The notes under the pieces: generated by a model
Seen by the model: only the letters and a program-made list of their open reading frames with translations
Databases searched by the model: none
Told to the model about the DNA's origin: nothing
Shown: positions 39,001 to 47,698 of the stretch, piece after piece
How positions within the stretch are numbered: the stretch's first letter is position 1
How the letters are laid out: each line of letters starts with the position of its first letter
Source of the DNA: Spirochaetales bacterium
Lineage (GTDB): Bacteria > Spirochaetota > Spirochaetia > JABEVK01
Reading direction: 5' to 3'
Length of the DNA: 64,000 bases
Assembly: GCA_037142615.1 (NCBI GenBank)
Contig: JBAXAI010000001.1
Coordinates: forward strand, 416,001 to 480,000
Made by a program: the position numbers and the translations under genes

Positions 39001-39345
39001 TCACGGTTCCCCAAGAATGCTTCTCAATTGCTGCCGAAGTTTCGGAATTCGTGTGACGGCGACATCCCAGACGATGGCGTAGTCCACCGAAAAGTAGCCA
39101 TGGATCAGCTTGTCTCTCATTCCGGCGATGCCTCTCCAGTCCACCTCGCGATGCTGCAAGGTGAACTCGTTGGTCAGCTGCTTTACGGCTTCTCCCATAA
39201 TTTCCAAGCTGCGCGCGAACGCACGTTTGAGCACGTCGTCGACAAGGAAACTCTCAAGAGTCGCAAGACTCGACTGTCTGAAGAGAAACTCCACTTCGTC
39301 CAAGACGTGGCGAAGCAGTTGTTGGTCAGAGTGCAAGGTACTCAA
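39001..39345 (-). CDS. HEPN/DUF86 RNase toxin (HepT-like)
   Basis: RSLEIMGEAVK..W..IAGMRDKLIHGY (RX4HXY). Confidence 0.92.
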   Translation of the reverse strand: MSTLHSDQQLLRHVLDEVEFLFRQSSLATLESFLVDDVLKRAFARSLEIMGEAVKQLTNEFTLQHREVDWRGIAGMRDKLIHGYFSVDYAIVWDVAVTRIPKLRQQLRSILGEP

Positions 39346-39628
39346 CTTCCTGAAGGATAGAAGGCCCTAGATGTGGGCTCAGGGACTCTCTGGTTACCAG
39401 GTCAACTTTTCGCTGGAGGTGGTCCTCGAGGTAAAACGCCAAACCCATGAAGTTGTCAAAGGTCTTTTGTCTCGGCTCAAACTCCACAAGGAGATCGATA
39501 TCGCTGGCCTCGCTGGCTTCTCCGCGGGCAAATGATCCGAAGAGTCCAAGTGCAGCGACACCAAAGCCGGCAATCGCTCCGCGGTTCTCTTGGAGGAACG
39601 TCTCAATGTCGGCCTTGCGTTGCACCAT
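39326..39628 (-). CDS. Minimal nucleotidyltransferase antitoxin (MntA-like)
   Basis: LFGSFARGE..SDIDLLVEF...RKVDLVT. Confidence 0.93.
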   Translation of the reverse strand: MVQRKADIETFLQENRGAIAGFGVAALGLFGSFARGEASEASDIDLLVEFEPRQKTFDNFMGLAFYLEDHLQRKVDLVTRESLSPHLGPSILQEVEYLAL

Positions 39629-39733
39629 GGGTCAAGTATAGCCATCCAGTGATATTTCGTCACTCAGCCGAGGGCCTAGTCCGGCTTGCGTCCATTATGT
39701 AAGTCAACTTATACTATGGACGAAGAGGTTGTA

Positions 39734-40954
39734 ATGAAATACCGAGCCCGAACTCTCGAAGCGGCGTTTGCTAGGGCGTCCGCACAGTTTCCTGCGGTGC
39801 TGGTCACCGGGCCAAGACAGGTCGGCAAGACCAGCCTTCTCCGCCACTTGGCCTCGGGCGACCGGACCTACGTCACGCTCGACGATCCCCTGGTGCGCGA
39901 CCTTGCCAAGCGGGAGCCGGCCCTCTTCCTGCAGCGGTTCAAGCTGCCGATCATCATCGACGAGATCCAATACGCCCCGGAGTTGCTACCGCTCATTAAG
40001 ATGAGCATTGACCAAGATAGGCGGCCCGGCCAGTTCTGGCTGACGGGCTCGCAGCAGTTTCAGGTCATGAAAGGTGTTGCCGAATCTCTGGCAGGACGAG
40101 TTGCAGTGTTGCAGCTGGCGGGGTTCACTCGCCGGGAGTTATTGGGGAAGGCACAAGCGCTCCCCTTCGTCCCTTCGGAAGAGCTGTTGCGTCAGGCCGG
40201 CCAGGAGGAGTCCGTGGGCTTGGACGCTCTCTACCAGCAGATATGGAGGGGAACCCTTCCCGGACTTCACAGTGCCCTCGACGTGGACCGTGACCTGTTC
40301 CTGTCGTCTTACGTTCAGACGTATCTCCAAAGAGATATCCGTGATCTGGCCAACATCGGCAATGAACTTGCCTTCCTTCGATTTCTCAAGGCGACCGCCG
40401 CCCGAACCGGCCAACTCCTCAATCTGGCCGATCTGTCCAGGGATTCCGACATCAGCCAGGTCACAGCCAAGCACTGGCTTTCCATCCTGGTCGCCTCTGG
40501 CTTGGTGTACCTGCTGGCTCCCTGGCACTCGAACCTGACCAAGCGTCTGGTAAAGACCCCGAAACTCTACTTCCTGGACACCGGTTTGGCGACCTGGCTC
40601 ACCTCTTGGACCAGTCCTGCAACTCTGGAGGCCGGGGCGATGGCCGGTGCTATCCTGGAGACTTGGGTTGTCTCGGAACTGGTTCGGGGCTGGTGGCACG
40701 CCGGCAAAGAAGCGCCGCTGTACTTCTATCGGGACAAGGATCAGAAAGAAATTGATGTGCTGATTCATCTGGATGGAAAACTCTATCCGCTGGAGATCAA
40801 AAAGAGCGCACAGCCCGGCGCAGACTCGACCAAGAGCTTTTCCGCCGCAAGTAACCTAGGCGAAGGTCGCGGAGCCGGCGCGGTGCTTTGCTTGACGCCC
40901 AACTGGCTCCCCTTCACCCAGCAGGACTTTCTGGTGGGTGTTGGGTTGATCTAA
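39734..40954 (+). CDS. AAA_14 plus DUF4143 ATP-binding protein
   Basis: GPRQVGKT, IIDEIQ, LTGSQ, ESLAGR, PKLYFLDTG, EID...PLEIK. Confidence 0.92.
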   Translation: MKYRARTLEAAFARASAQFPAVLVTGPRQVGKTSLLRHLASGDRTYVTLDDPLVRDLAKREPALFLQRFKLPIIIDEIQYAPELLPLIKMSIDQDRRPGQFWLTGSQQFQVMKGVAESLAGRVAVLQLAGFTRRELLGKAQALPFVPSEELLRQAGQEESVGLDALYQQIWRGTLPGLHSALDVDRDLFLSSYVQTYLQRDIRDLANIGNELAFLRFLKATAARTGQLLNLADLSRDSDISQVTAKHWLSILVASGLVYLLAPWHSNLTKRLVKTPKLYFLDTGLATWLTSWTSPATLEAGAMAGAILETWVVSELVRGWWHAGKEAPLYFYRDKDQKEIDVLIHLDGKLYPLEIKKSAQPGADSTKSFSAASNLGEGRGAGAVLCLTPNWLPFTQQDFLVGVGLI

Positions 40955-41169
40955 GTGGGAACAGCGGGAATCTTCGCGGTGACAGCCCTGGTTAGGCCCT
41001 GAAGCCGTTCCAGCGCCCCGGGGATCACGTTACCGTCCTTGAGGTACAGCCGCCGGTTCACCTCGATCATGATCGAGAGGACCCGGGGTTCGGTGTCGAG
41101 GAACTCCAGCGGCACCATGGAGCCAGCGTACGGGCGGTTGAGTTCTACCGAGTAGCCGGCGTCCTGGTA
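40951..41169 (-). pseudogene. N-formylglutamate amidohydrolase, C-terminal fragment
   Basis: Manual translation GYSVELNRPYAGSMVP...SIMIEVNRRLYL...*. Confidence 0.78.
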
Positions 41170-41711
41170 GACGGAGCGTTAGCCTCTGCGCTCGCTCGCC
41201 CAGAGAACAAAGCCACCTGCGAGAAGCCCGACTTGGCGGACTTGGCGGCGGCCTACGCCTATGGGCTGGCCCGAAACCATCCCTTTGCCGATGGTAACAA
41301 GCGCATCGCTTGGGTGGTGGCGCGCCTCTTTGTCGCTGACAATGGTGGACGGCTTCGCTTCGATCCGCTCGAAGCGATCCAGATGGTTCTGGCCATGGCA
41401 AGCGGAACCCTCACGGAGCCAGAGGTTGCAGCCTGGTTCCGTCAACGCCTGTTGGCACAATCGTAGCACGTGGTCGACGGAAGGCAGGCGAGGTTCCGCC
41501 GGGTCCGCTGCCACGGGCAAGGCGGTTTCAGGTAGCACCACCCTGTCGGGTCTCAAGTCCGTCGAGGAGTTGAAAAGCGCCAAGCCGGTAGTGTCGGACT
41601 TCTAGGACGCGACAAAAGAAAGGCCCACCCGAAAAGCACTAAATGCTTATCTGGCGGGCCTTTACATTGAGCCGATGCCCGAAGTCGAATCGGGGACCTA
41701 CGCATTACGAG
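41170..41711. repeat. 542-bp direct repeat, copy 2 (5'-truncated doc 41170-41466; overlaps the tRNA-Thr 3' half)
   Basis: Matches 38378-38919. Confidence 0.93.
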
Positions 41712-41741
41712 TGCGTTGCTCTACCACTGAGCTACATCGGC
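41670..41741 (-). tRNA. tRNA-Thr(CGT); island attachment site
   Basis: GCCGATG acceptor, AGCTCAGTGGTAGAGC D-arm, anticodon arm ACGCA-CTCGTAA-TGCGT, TTCGA T-loop. Confidence 0.96.
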
Positions 41742-41843
41742 AAGGTAGGGTTTCTATACCGCGTTTTTTAGGTTGGGTCAAGGGTTGCGATCGCGCGCAC
41801 GCCACCTATACTGGAAGTACAACGGGAACTCTGGGGAGGACTC

Positions 41844-44276
41844 TTGCTTCGCCTACTTCGCGGACTGATGATCGCCACCGTTTCTCTTGCCCTTGCCGGC
41901 TGTTCGGTAGAGTCGCCAATGGCAAGCCAGGGCAAGCTCGACCTGTCGCGGTGGGACTTTGCCACTGATTCCCAGGTACGCCTCGACGGGGGGTGGCTTT
42001 TTCAGAGCGACGGCTTCCAGGACGGTAATTTACTCCAGAAATCGTTGCCGGGTCGTTGGGAACTGACCGAGCCTGTCTTTCCCATCGAGGGCATGGGCAG
42101 CTACCACTTGCAGGTGGCCCTGCCCCGCTCCCAAACCCTCTGGAGCCTCCGGGTGCCCGAGTTCTCCTCGGCTTCTCAGGTCTGGGTCGATGGTCGCTTG
42201 GTTCTCGAAAGCGGACGGGTCGGGTCAGGCCCGGAAAAAGAAGTTCCAAGAGTTCAGATCCGTCAAGTGACCTTTCTGGCCGAGCGGGCCGAGGTCAGTC
42301 TGGTGGTTCAGATCTCGAACTACCACGACCGCATCGGAGCAACCCAAGATTCGATCTTTTTCGGTCCCGCCGAGTCGATGCAACCCGCCTGGGAACTCGA
42401 AAAAGCCACCTCGGCGTTCTTGTTTGGCTCTTTGCTGGTCATGGGTCTGCTTAACCTGTTTGTGTTCTATTCCGAAGGTCACCGGCGTGGAAACCTGTGG
42501 CTTTCGCTTTTCGCGTTCTCTGTGGCGATCCGAAATCTGATCACCGGACCTTCGCTTCCCCAAGACCTGTTTCCAAGCTGGGACTTTCAGGCGGTGACGT
42601 CGATCAAGTTTCTCAGCGCGATGGGCGCCATCAGCTGTTTCCTTCTGTACATGAAGCAACTGATGCCCAAGTGGTGGCCCTCACCGATGTTCGTGGGCTT
42701 TCTGCTTTACACCCTGCTGTTCGCTCTGCTTTGCCTTGCGCTTCCGGTAAAGCTTTTCTCCCAGGCGTTTGCCCTGCTCTACACTCTGCCCCTGGCGGCT
42801 GTGATGCTGGTCGCCTTTGGCTTGTTCGTCGTGGCGGCATTCCGGGCAGAACAAGAGGTTCGAGCCGTCTTGCCAGCGATTGTTCTGGTTCTCCTCGGAG
42901 GCCTAAACGACAACCTGAATGTTCTGGTCCCGACGCCCTGGGGACTCATCCTGCCGCAGTGCATGTTTCTTTTCATGCTCTACAACTCGTGGCTGGTGAC
43001 CCGGCAGATGCAGCAAACCTTCCTTCTCAGCCAACGCCTTTCCTCTGATCTCCAGAAGCTGGACGCCCTGAAGGACGATTTTCTGGCGCGGGTCACCCAC
43101 GAACTGCGCACGCCCCTCCACGGGATGATCGGAATCCTCGATGCTTTCCGTCAGGGTGACTATGGTCCGCTGGCCGAACGGCAGAACTATCACCTCACCC
43201 TGGTCGAATCCTCGAGCAAGCGTCTGCTGACCATGGTGAACAGCATCCTCGATTTCTCCCAGCTCAAGCATGGAACGGTGGGAGAGTTGAGGCCTGTCTT
43301 CTACAAGGAACTGGTGGACCTCCTGCTGCCCGTTTTCGCCGGGCAAGTGCAACGAGGGGTTTCCGTCGTCAACCGGGTGTCGGTTCACCTGCCGGCGGCG
43401 CTCGGCGATGCCACCAAGGTCGAGCAAGTTGTGCAGCATCTGCTTGCCAACGCCATCCAGCATACGTCCTCGGGAACCATCGCGGTCGAGGGTGAACTGC
43501 GCGACCAAAAGATCTGGCTGAGCGTGCGCGACACGGGGAGCGGGATTCCTGCCGACGAACTTCCTCACCTGTTTTCGCCCTTTCGACAGGACGCGAACGC
43601 CGATACGCGGTCCAAGAACGGCTTGGGGCTGGGGCTGGCAATTTCGCACCAACTGATTCAGCAGCTAGGTGGAAGCCTGTCGGCAGAGTCGCAGCTCGGC
43701 GTGGGCACCGTGGTGGCCTTCTGCCTTCCAATCTGCCCGCCTGATCAGTTGCAGGCGTTCACCGCGCAAAAAAAAGACCGGGAAATCCGCCGAGATACCC
43801 TCGCTTCGAGATTGGAACCGCTTCCAGATGCAGCAAAGGTTTCGGCTCCAGCGGCGACTGAGGTCGAACAGTTGACGGTATTGATTGTCGATGACGAACC
43901 CGTGAATCTCATGGTTCTGGAGTCGTTCCTCAGGAGGCTGAACTATCGCGTTCTACAGGCTTTCAGCGGGCCCGCCGCGCTGGAACTTGCCGATTTGCAC
44001 ACCATCGACCTGGTGATTCTCGACATCATGATGCCGGGAATGTCGGGCTATGAAGTCAGCCGACGGCTGCGCCAGAAGTTCTCCGCGGCAAGCCTTCCCA
44101 TCATCCTGCTCACCGCCAAGAATCAGATGGAAGACCTCATACAAGGCTTTGCCGCGGGTGCGAGCGACTACCTCACCAAGCCCTTTGTCCGGGCGGAACT
44201 TCGCGCCCGCATGGAGTTCCACCTGACGATCAGCCGGGCAGCGCGCGAAGGCGCACAACCAGCGAACAAATCCTAA
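41844..44276 (+). CDS. 7TM-DISM-type hybrid sensor kinase/response regulator
   Basis: Periplasmic beta domain (GKLDLSRWDF..LDGGW), about 7 TM segments, THELRTPLHG, DTGSGI, GLGLGL, C-terminal receiver LDIMMP. Confidence 0.92.
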   Translation: MLRLLRGLMIATVSLALAGCSVESPMASQGKLDLSRWDFATDSQVRLDGGWLFQSDGFQDGNLLQKSLPGRWELTEPVFPIEGMGSYHLQVALPRSQTLWSLRVPEFSSASQVWVDGRLVLESGRVGSGPEKEVPRVQIRQVTFLAERAEVSLVVQISNYHDRIGATQDSIFFGPAESMQPAWELEKATSAFLFGSLLVMGLLNLFVFYSEGHRRGNLWLSLFAFSVAIRNLITGPSLPQDLFPSWDFQAVTSIKFLSAMGAISCFLLYMKQLMPKWWPSPMFVGFLLYTLLFALLCLALPVKLFSQAFALLYTLPLAAVMLVAFGLFVVAAFRAEQEVRAVLPAIVLVLLGGLNDNLNVLVPTPWGLILPQCMFLFMLYNSWLVTRQMQQTFLLSQRLSSDLQKLDALKDDFLARVTHELRTPLHGMIGILDAFRQGDYGPLAERQNYHLTLVESSSKRLLTMVNSILDFSQLKHGTVGELRPVFYKELVDLLLPVFAGQVQRGVSVVNRVSVHLPAALGDATKVEQVVQHLLANAIQHTSSGTIAVEGELRDQKIWLSVRDTGSGIPADELPHLFSPFRQDANADTRSKNGLGLGLAISHQLIQQLGGSLSAESQLGVGTVVAFCLPICPPDQLQAFTAQKKDREIRRDTLASRLEPLPDAAKVSAPAATEVEQLTVLIVDDEPVNLMVLESFLRRLNYRVLQAFSGPAALELADLHTIDLVILDIMMPGMSGYEVSRRLRQKFSAASLPIILLTAKNQMEDLIQGFAAGASDYLTKPFVRAELRARMEFHLTISRAAREGAQPANKS

Positions 44277-44307
44277 TCCACCCGCCAACGATGCCGATAC
44301 AGAGGAT

Positions 44308-45159
44308 ATGGAACGTGGACTGTACATCAGTGCATCGGGCATGACCGCCCAACAATGGCGCCTCGACGCCGTCTCGAACAACTTGGCCAACGTCGACCAG
44401 ACCGGCTACAAGCGCGACGAGGCCGTCCATAAGGCCTTCCCCGAAATGCTCATTCGCCGACAGAACGACGACGGGGTTTACAAAATGCCCTTTGGTTCGA
44501 TGGACACCTCGCCCATCGTCGGCAAGCTCGGCATGGGTGTCGAGCAGAACGAGTTCTTCACCGTCCAGACCCAGGGCGCTCTCAAAGAAACGAGCAACCC
44601 CTTCGACATGGCGCTGGAAGACAAAGGTTTTTTCGTCGTCAACACCCCGGCCGGCGAACGCTACACCCGCAACGGCTCGTTCACCTTGGGCAAGGAAGGC
44701 TTTCTCGAGACCAAGGATGGCTTTCAGTTGTTGGGCAAAAACGGCCCCATCCAGGTGAAGGCCAACAACTTTGTCGTCGACGCCAAGGGTCAGGTCTGGG
44801 TCAACGACGAGTTCGCCAACGACCCTTCCCGTTTGGTCAGCATGGACGAGAACACCTGGAAGAAGACAACCCTGCTCGACACGCTCAAGGTGGTGAACTT
44901 TGAACAACCCCGTTACCTGGCCAAGCAGGGCAACAGCCAGTACGCCACCACCGAAAACTCGGGCGAAGCTGCCGACCTTCCCGTCAATGCCCGCCCGAAG
45001 GTCCGTCAGGGCTTTGTCGAAGCGGCAAACGTGAACCCGGTCACCGAAATGGTGCAGATGATCGAAATCAACCGCGCCTACGAAAACAACCAGAAGATGA
45101 TCCAGACCCACGACGCCCTGATGGGCAAACTGATCAACGAGGCGTCAGCCTTCCGCTGA
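44308..45159 (+). CDS. flgF: Flagellar basal-body rod protein FlgF/FlhO
   Basis: GLYISASGM..SNNLANV..GYK, YTRNGSF, EAANVNPVTEMV. Confidence 0.88.
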   Translation: MERGLYISASGMTAQQWRLDAVSNNLANVDQTGYKRDEAVHKAFPEMLIRRQNDDGVYKMPFGSMDTSPIVGKLGMGVEQNEFFTVQTQGALKETSNPFDMALEDKGFFVVNTPAGERYTRNGSFTLGKEGFLETKDGFQLLGKNGPIQVKANNFVVDAKGQVWVNDEFANDPSRLVSMDENTWKKTTLLDTLKVVNFEQPRYLAKQGNSQYATTENSGEAADLPVNARPKVRQGFVEAANVNPVTEMVQMIEINRAYENNQKMIQTHDALMGKLINEASAFR

Positions 45160-45174
45160 TAAAGGAACCCGACT

Positions 45175-45969
45175 ATGATGCGCTCCCTGTGGACAGCCGC
45201 TTCCGGCATGACCGGCCAACAGTTCAACATCGACACGATCGCGAACAACCTTTCGAACGTGAACACCACCGGCTTCAAGCTCAACCGGGCCGACTTCGAA
45301 GACCTGCTGTACCAGACCCAAAAGATCGCCGGTACTCCTGCCACCGAGCAGACGGTCGTACCGACCAACACCCAGGTTGGTCACGGCGTCAAGGTTGCCG
45401 CCACCCAGAAGATCTATACCCAGGGTGCCCTGCAAGCTACCGGCAACGTGGCCGACATGGCCATTCAGGGCGAGGGCTTCTACCGCATCCAGACCCTCGA
45501 CGGCAGCTACGGCTACAGCCGCGACGGCGCGTTCAAGATCGACTCCAACGGCCAGTTGGTGACCAGCCAAGGCTACAAGGTGATGCCCGAGATCGTCATG
45601 CCCCCGAACTGGATCCAAGACAGCGTCACCGTGGCTCAGGACGGCAAGGTTTCGGCCAAGGTGCCCGGCCGCGAGGATCCGCTGCAAGTAGCGCAGATGG
45701 AAATCTTCCGGTTCCCCAACCCCGCAGGCCTGCAGGCTGTCGGCGAAAACTTGCTCAAGCCGACCAACGCCTCGGGCGACGCCATCGCCGGCCGCCCCGG
45801 GTTTGACGGCATGGGCAAGGTGCAGCAGCGGTTCCTCGAAATGAGCAACGTGAGTGTCGTGCAAGAAATGGTCAACATGATTGTGGCCCAGCGCGCCTAT
45901 GAACTTTCGTCCAAAGCCATCCAGACCAGCGACAGCATGCTCGGCATCGCCGCCAACCTGAAGCGATAA
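45175..45969 (+). CDS. flgG: Flagellar basal-body rod protein FlgG
   Basis: SLWTAASGM..ANNLSNVNTTGFK..FEDLLYQ, LEMSNV..EMVNMIVAQRAYE. Confidence 0.96.
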   Translation: MMRSLWTAASGMTGQQFNIDTIANNLSNVNTTGFKLNRADFEDLLYQTQKIAGTPATEQTVVPTNTQVGHGVKVAATQKIYTQGALQATGNVADMAIQGEGFYRIQTLDGSYGYSRDGAFKIDSNGQLVTSQGYKVMPEIVMPPNWIQDSVTVAQDGKVSAKVPGREDPLQVAQMEIFRFPNPAGLQAVGENLLKPTNASGDAIAGRPGFDGMGKVQQRFLEMSNVSVVQEMVNMIVAQRAYELSSKAIQTSDSMLGIAANLKR

Positions 45970-45979
45970 GGAATCGTCC

Positions 45980-46354
45980 ATGAACGTCCTCGACACGGCC
46001 AACCTAAACCTCTCCAACAACCGCTACGACGTCACCTCGCTCACCGCCAGCGCCAAGGCCGCTGCGGGTCATGGCACGAGCGGCAAAATCGACAAGAACT
46101 CCGATTTGTACAAGGCCGCCGAGGATTTTCAGTCTATCTTCATCAAGCAGATGCTCGACACCATGCGCAAAACCGTCCACAAGGAAAGCGAAACCGAGCA
46201 GAGTCAGGGCGAATCGGTGTTCGAAGACATGCTCTACGACGAGTACTCCAAGAAGATGTCCAAGAGCGCGGGGTTCGATCTGGCCGACAATCTGTATCGG
46301 CAGATGAGTTTCCTGCAGAATCTTCCCAAGGCAGACGCCACCGCGACCCTCTGA
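45980..46354 (+). CDS. flgJ: Rod-binding protein (single-domain FlgJ)
   Basis: AAEDFQSIFIKQML..MRKT..FEDMLYDEY...LADNLYRQ; no muramidase domain. Confidence 0.85.
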   Translation: MNVLDTANLNLSNNRYDVTSLTASAKAAAGHGTSGKIDKNSDLYKAAEDFQSIFIKQMLDTMRKTVHKESETEQSQGESVFEDMLYDEYSKKMSKSAGFDLADNLYRQMSFLQNLPKADATATL

Positions 46355-46395
46355 TTCCTCTTGCGGATGCCCGGTCCGAATTGTATTCTGGGACG

Positions 46396-47160
46396 ATGCA
46401 TCCGATTCGCTTTGAGCAAGTTTCCTTTCAGTACGAACAAACCCCCGTCATCACAAGTTGGACTCTGGACGTTCCGGCCGGAATCACCTCGCTGACAGGT
46501 CCCAACGGTTCCGGAAAATCCACCTTTCTGATTCTGGCATCGGGTCGATTCCTGCCCGCCGAGGGCACGGTGCTTCTGCAGGGGCGCGATACCAGATCAC
46601 TCGACGAGACAACACGCAACCGTCTTGCTTCCCTCTTGTATCAGAACATGGAGTTTGAAAACGAGGAACCGCTGGGCGAGCTGCTCGAATACGTGCAAAG
46701 CGTCGGCTTTTTGACCGACAGGAGTGCCGAACGACGGGCCTCCGTGACGAAGATCTTTGAACTCGATGCCCTTCTGAGCCGCAAGACACAGCAATTGAGC
46801 AAGGGCGAGATGCAGCGCGCCGTGATGGCCTTTTCGTTGCTCTACGGGAGCTCGGTCGTGGTGATGGATGAGCCAATTTTCGCGCTCGAGGATCACCAGA
46901 AGCACAAGGCCTTGAAGTTCCTGGGTGAGTTCACGCAGGAACTGGGAGTCAGCTTCCTGTTCAGCGTGCATGAGCTCGAACTCACCAGGCAGTACTCGCA
47001 AAACGTGCTGCTGTTCTCAAAGGATGCCCCGCCTCTGGTTGGGCCCACTCTCGAGGTTCTCAGCCGCGAGAATCTGGAGGCCGCCTACCAGGTTCCGGCC
47101 GCGCTGTTGCACCAAAAAGAAAGGCTGTACAGAGACAGCCTTTTGCAGGAAAAGAAATAA
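46396..47160 (+). CDS. ABC transporter ATP-binding protein
   Basis: GPNGSGKST, LSKGEMQR, VMDEP, SVH. Confidence 0.9.
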   Translation: MHPIRFEQVSFQYEQTPVITSWTLDVPAGITSLTGPNGSGKSTFLILASGRFLPAEGTVLLQGRDTRSLDETTRNRLASLLYQNMEFENEEPLGELLEYVQSVGFLTDRSAERRASVTKIFELDALLSRKTQQLSKGEMQRAVMAFSLLYGSSVVVMDEPIFALEDHQKHKALKFLGEFTQELGVSFLFSVHELELTRQYSQNVLLFSKDAPPLVGPTLEVLSRENLEAAYQVPAALLHQKERLYRDSLLQEKK

Positions 47161-47164
47161 CTGT

Positions 47165-47237
47165 TGGTGGCAGAGAGATTTGAACTCCCGACCGAGCGGA
47201 TATGAGCCGCTTGCTCTACCGACTGAGCTATGCCACC
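47165..47237 (-). tRNA. tRNA with CAT anticodon (elongator Met, or Ile2)
   Basis: GGTGGCA/TGCCACC acceptor with G1-C72 paired, so not initiator; AGCGG-CTCATAT-CCGCT; TTCAA T-loop. Confidence 0.93.
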
Positions 47238-47300
47238 GTTCACTGAAGCCCGGTCAGAATAGCAGTTCACCGGTCTTTGGTCAACCCAAAAGGAGTCTTC

Positions 47301-47696
47301 ATGGTGCACCGACTTTCTATCGATGTGAGGCACTACGAGTGTGACGTGTACAACCACGTCAACAACGCCACCTACCTGAACTACCTGGAGTTTGCCCGCG
47401 AGCGTTTCCTTACCGACGCCGGGCTGGACTACAGGGCCTGGATGGCTCAGGGCAATGGAATCTGGGTTGCCGAAGTGCACCTGCTATGCCTGAGCCCGGC
47501 GGTTGCCGGCGAGGAGCTCACGATTGCCAGCCAGACCGAGGAACAGGGCGGGGCTTGGGCGGTTTTGCACCAGCGAATTCTCGGCCCCGGGGACCGACCG
47601 GTGCTCGATGCAAGGGTCAAACTCGTGTGGGTGGGTCCCGGTGGTCGACCGACGCGTATCCCGGCCGAATGGAAGCAGCGTTTCCAAGACGCGTAG
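47301..47696 (+). CDS. Acyl-CoA thioesterase (4HBT/YbgC family)
   Basis: VRHYECDVYNHVNNATYLNYLEFAR. Confidence 0.9.
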   Translation: MVHRLSIDVRHYECDVYNHVNNATYLNYLEFARERFLTDAGLDYRAWMAQGNGIWVAEVHLLCLSPAVAGEELTIASQTEEQGGAWAVLHQRILGPGDRPVLDARVKLVWVGPGGRPTRIPAEWKQRFQDA

Positions 47697-47698
47697 CC

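Noticed and set aside
22030-41610. CTAG tetramers and an AGCCCCGC motif near several junctions (e.g. 24439, 28990, 34577, 37994)
   Set aside because: Mostly explained by C+TAG stop codons and GC-rich stems; too short to support a recombination-site claim without statistics.
22030-41700. Integron cassette array (many TA modules and short genes)
   Set aside because: No recurring attC-like sites or integron integrase seen, and gene orientations are mixed.
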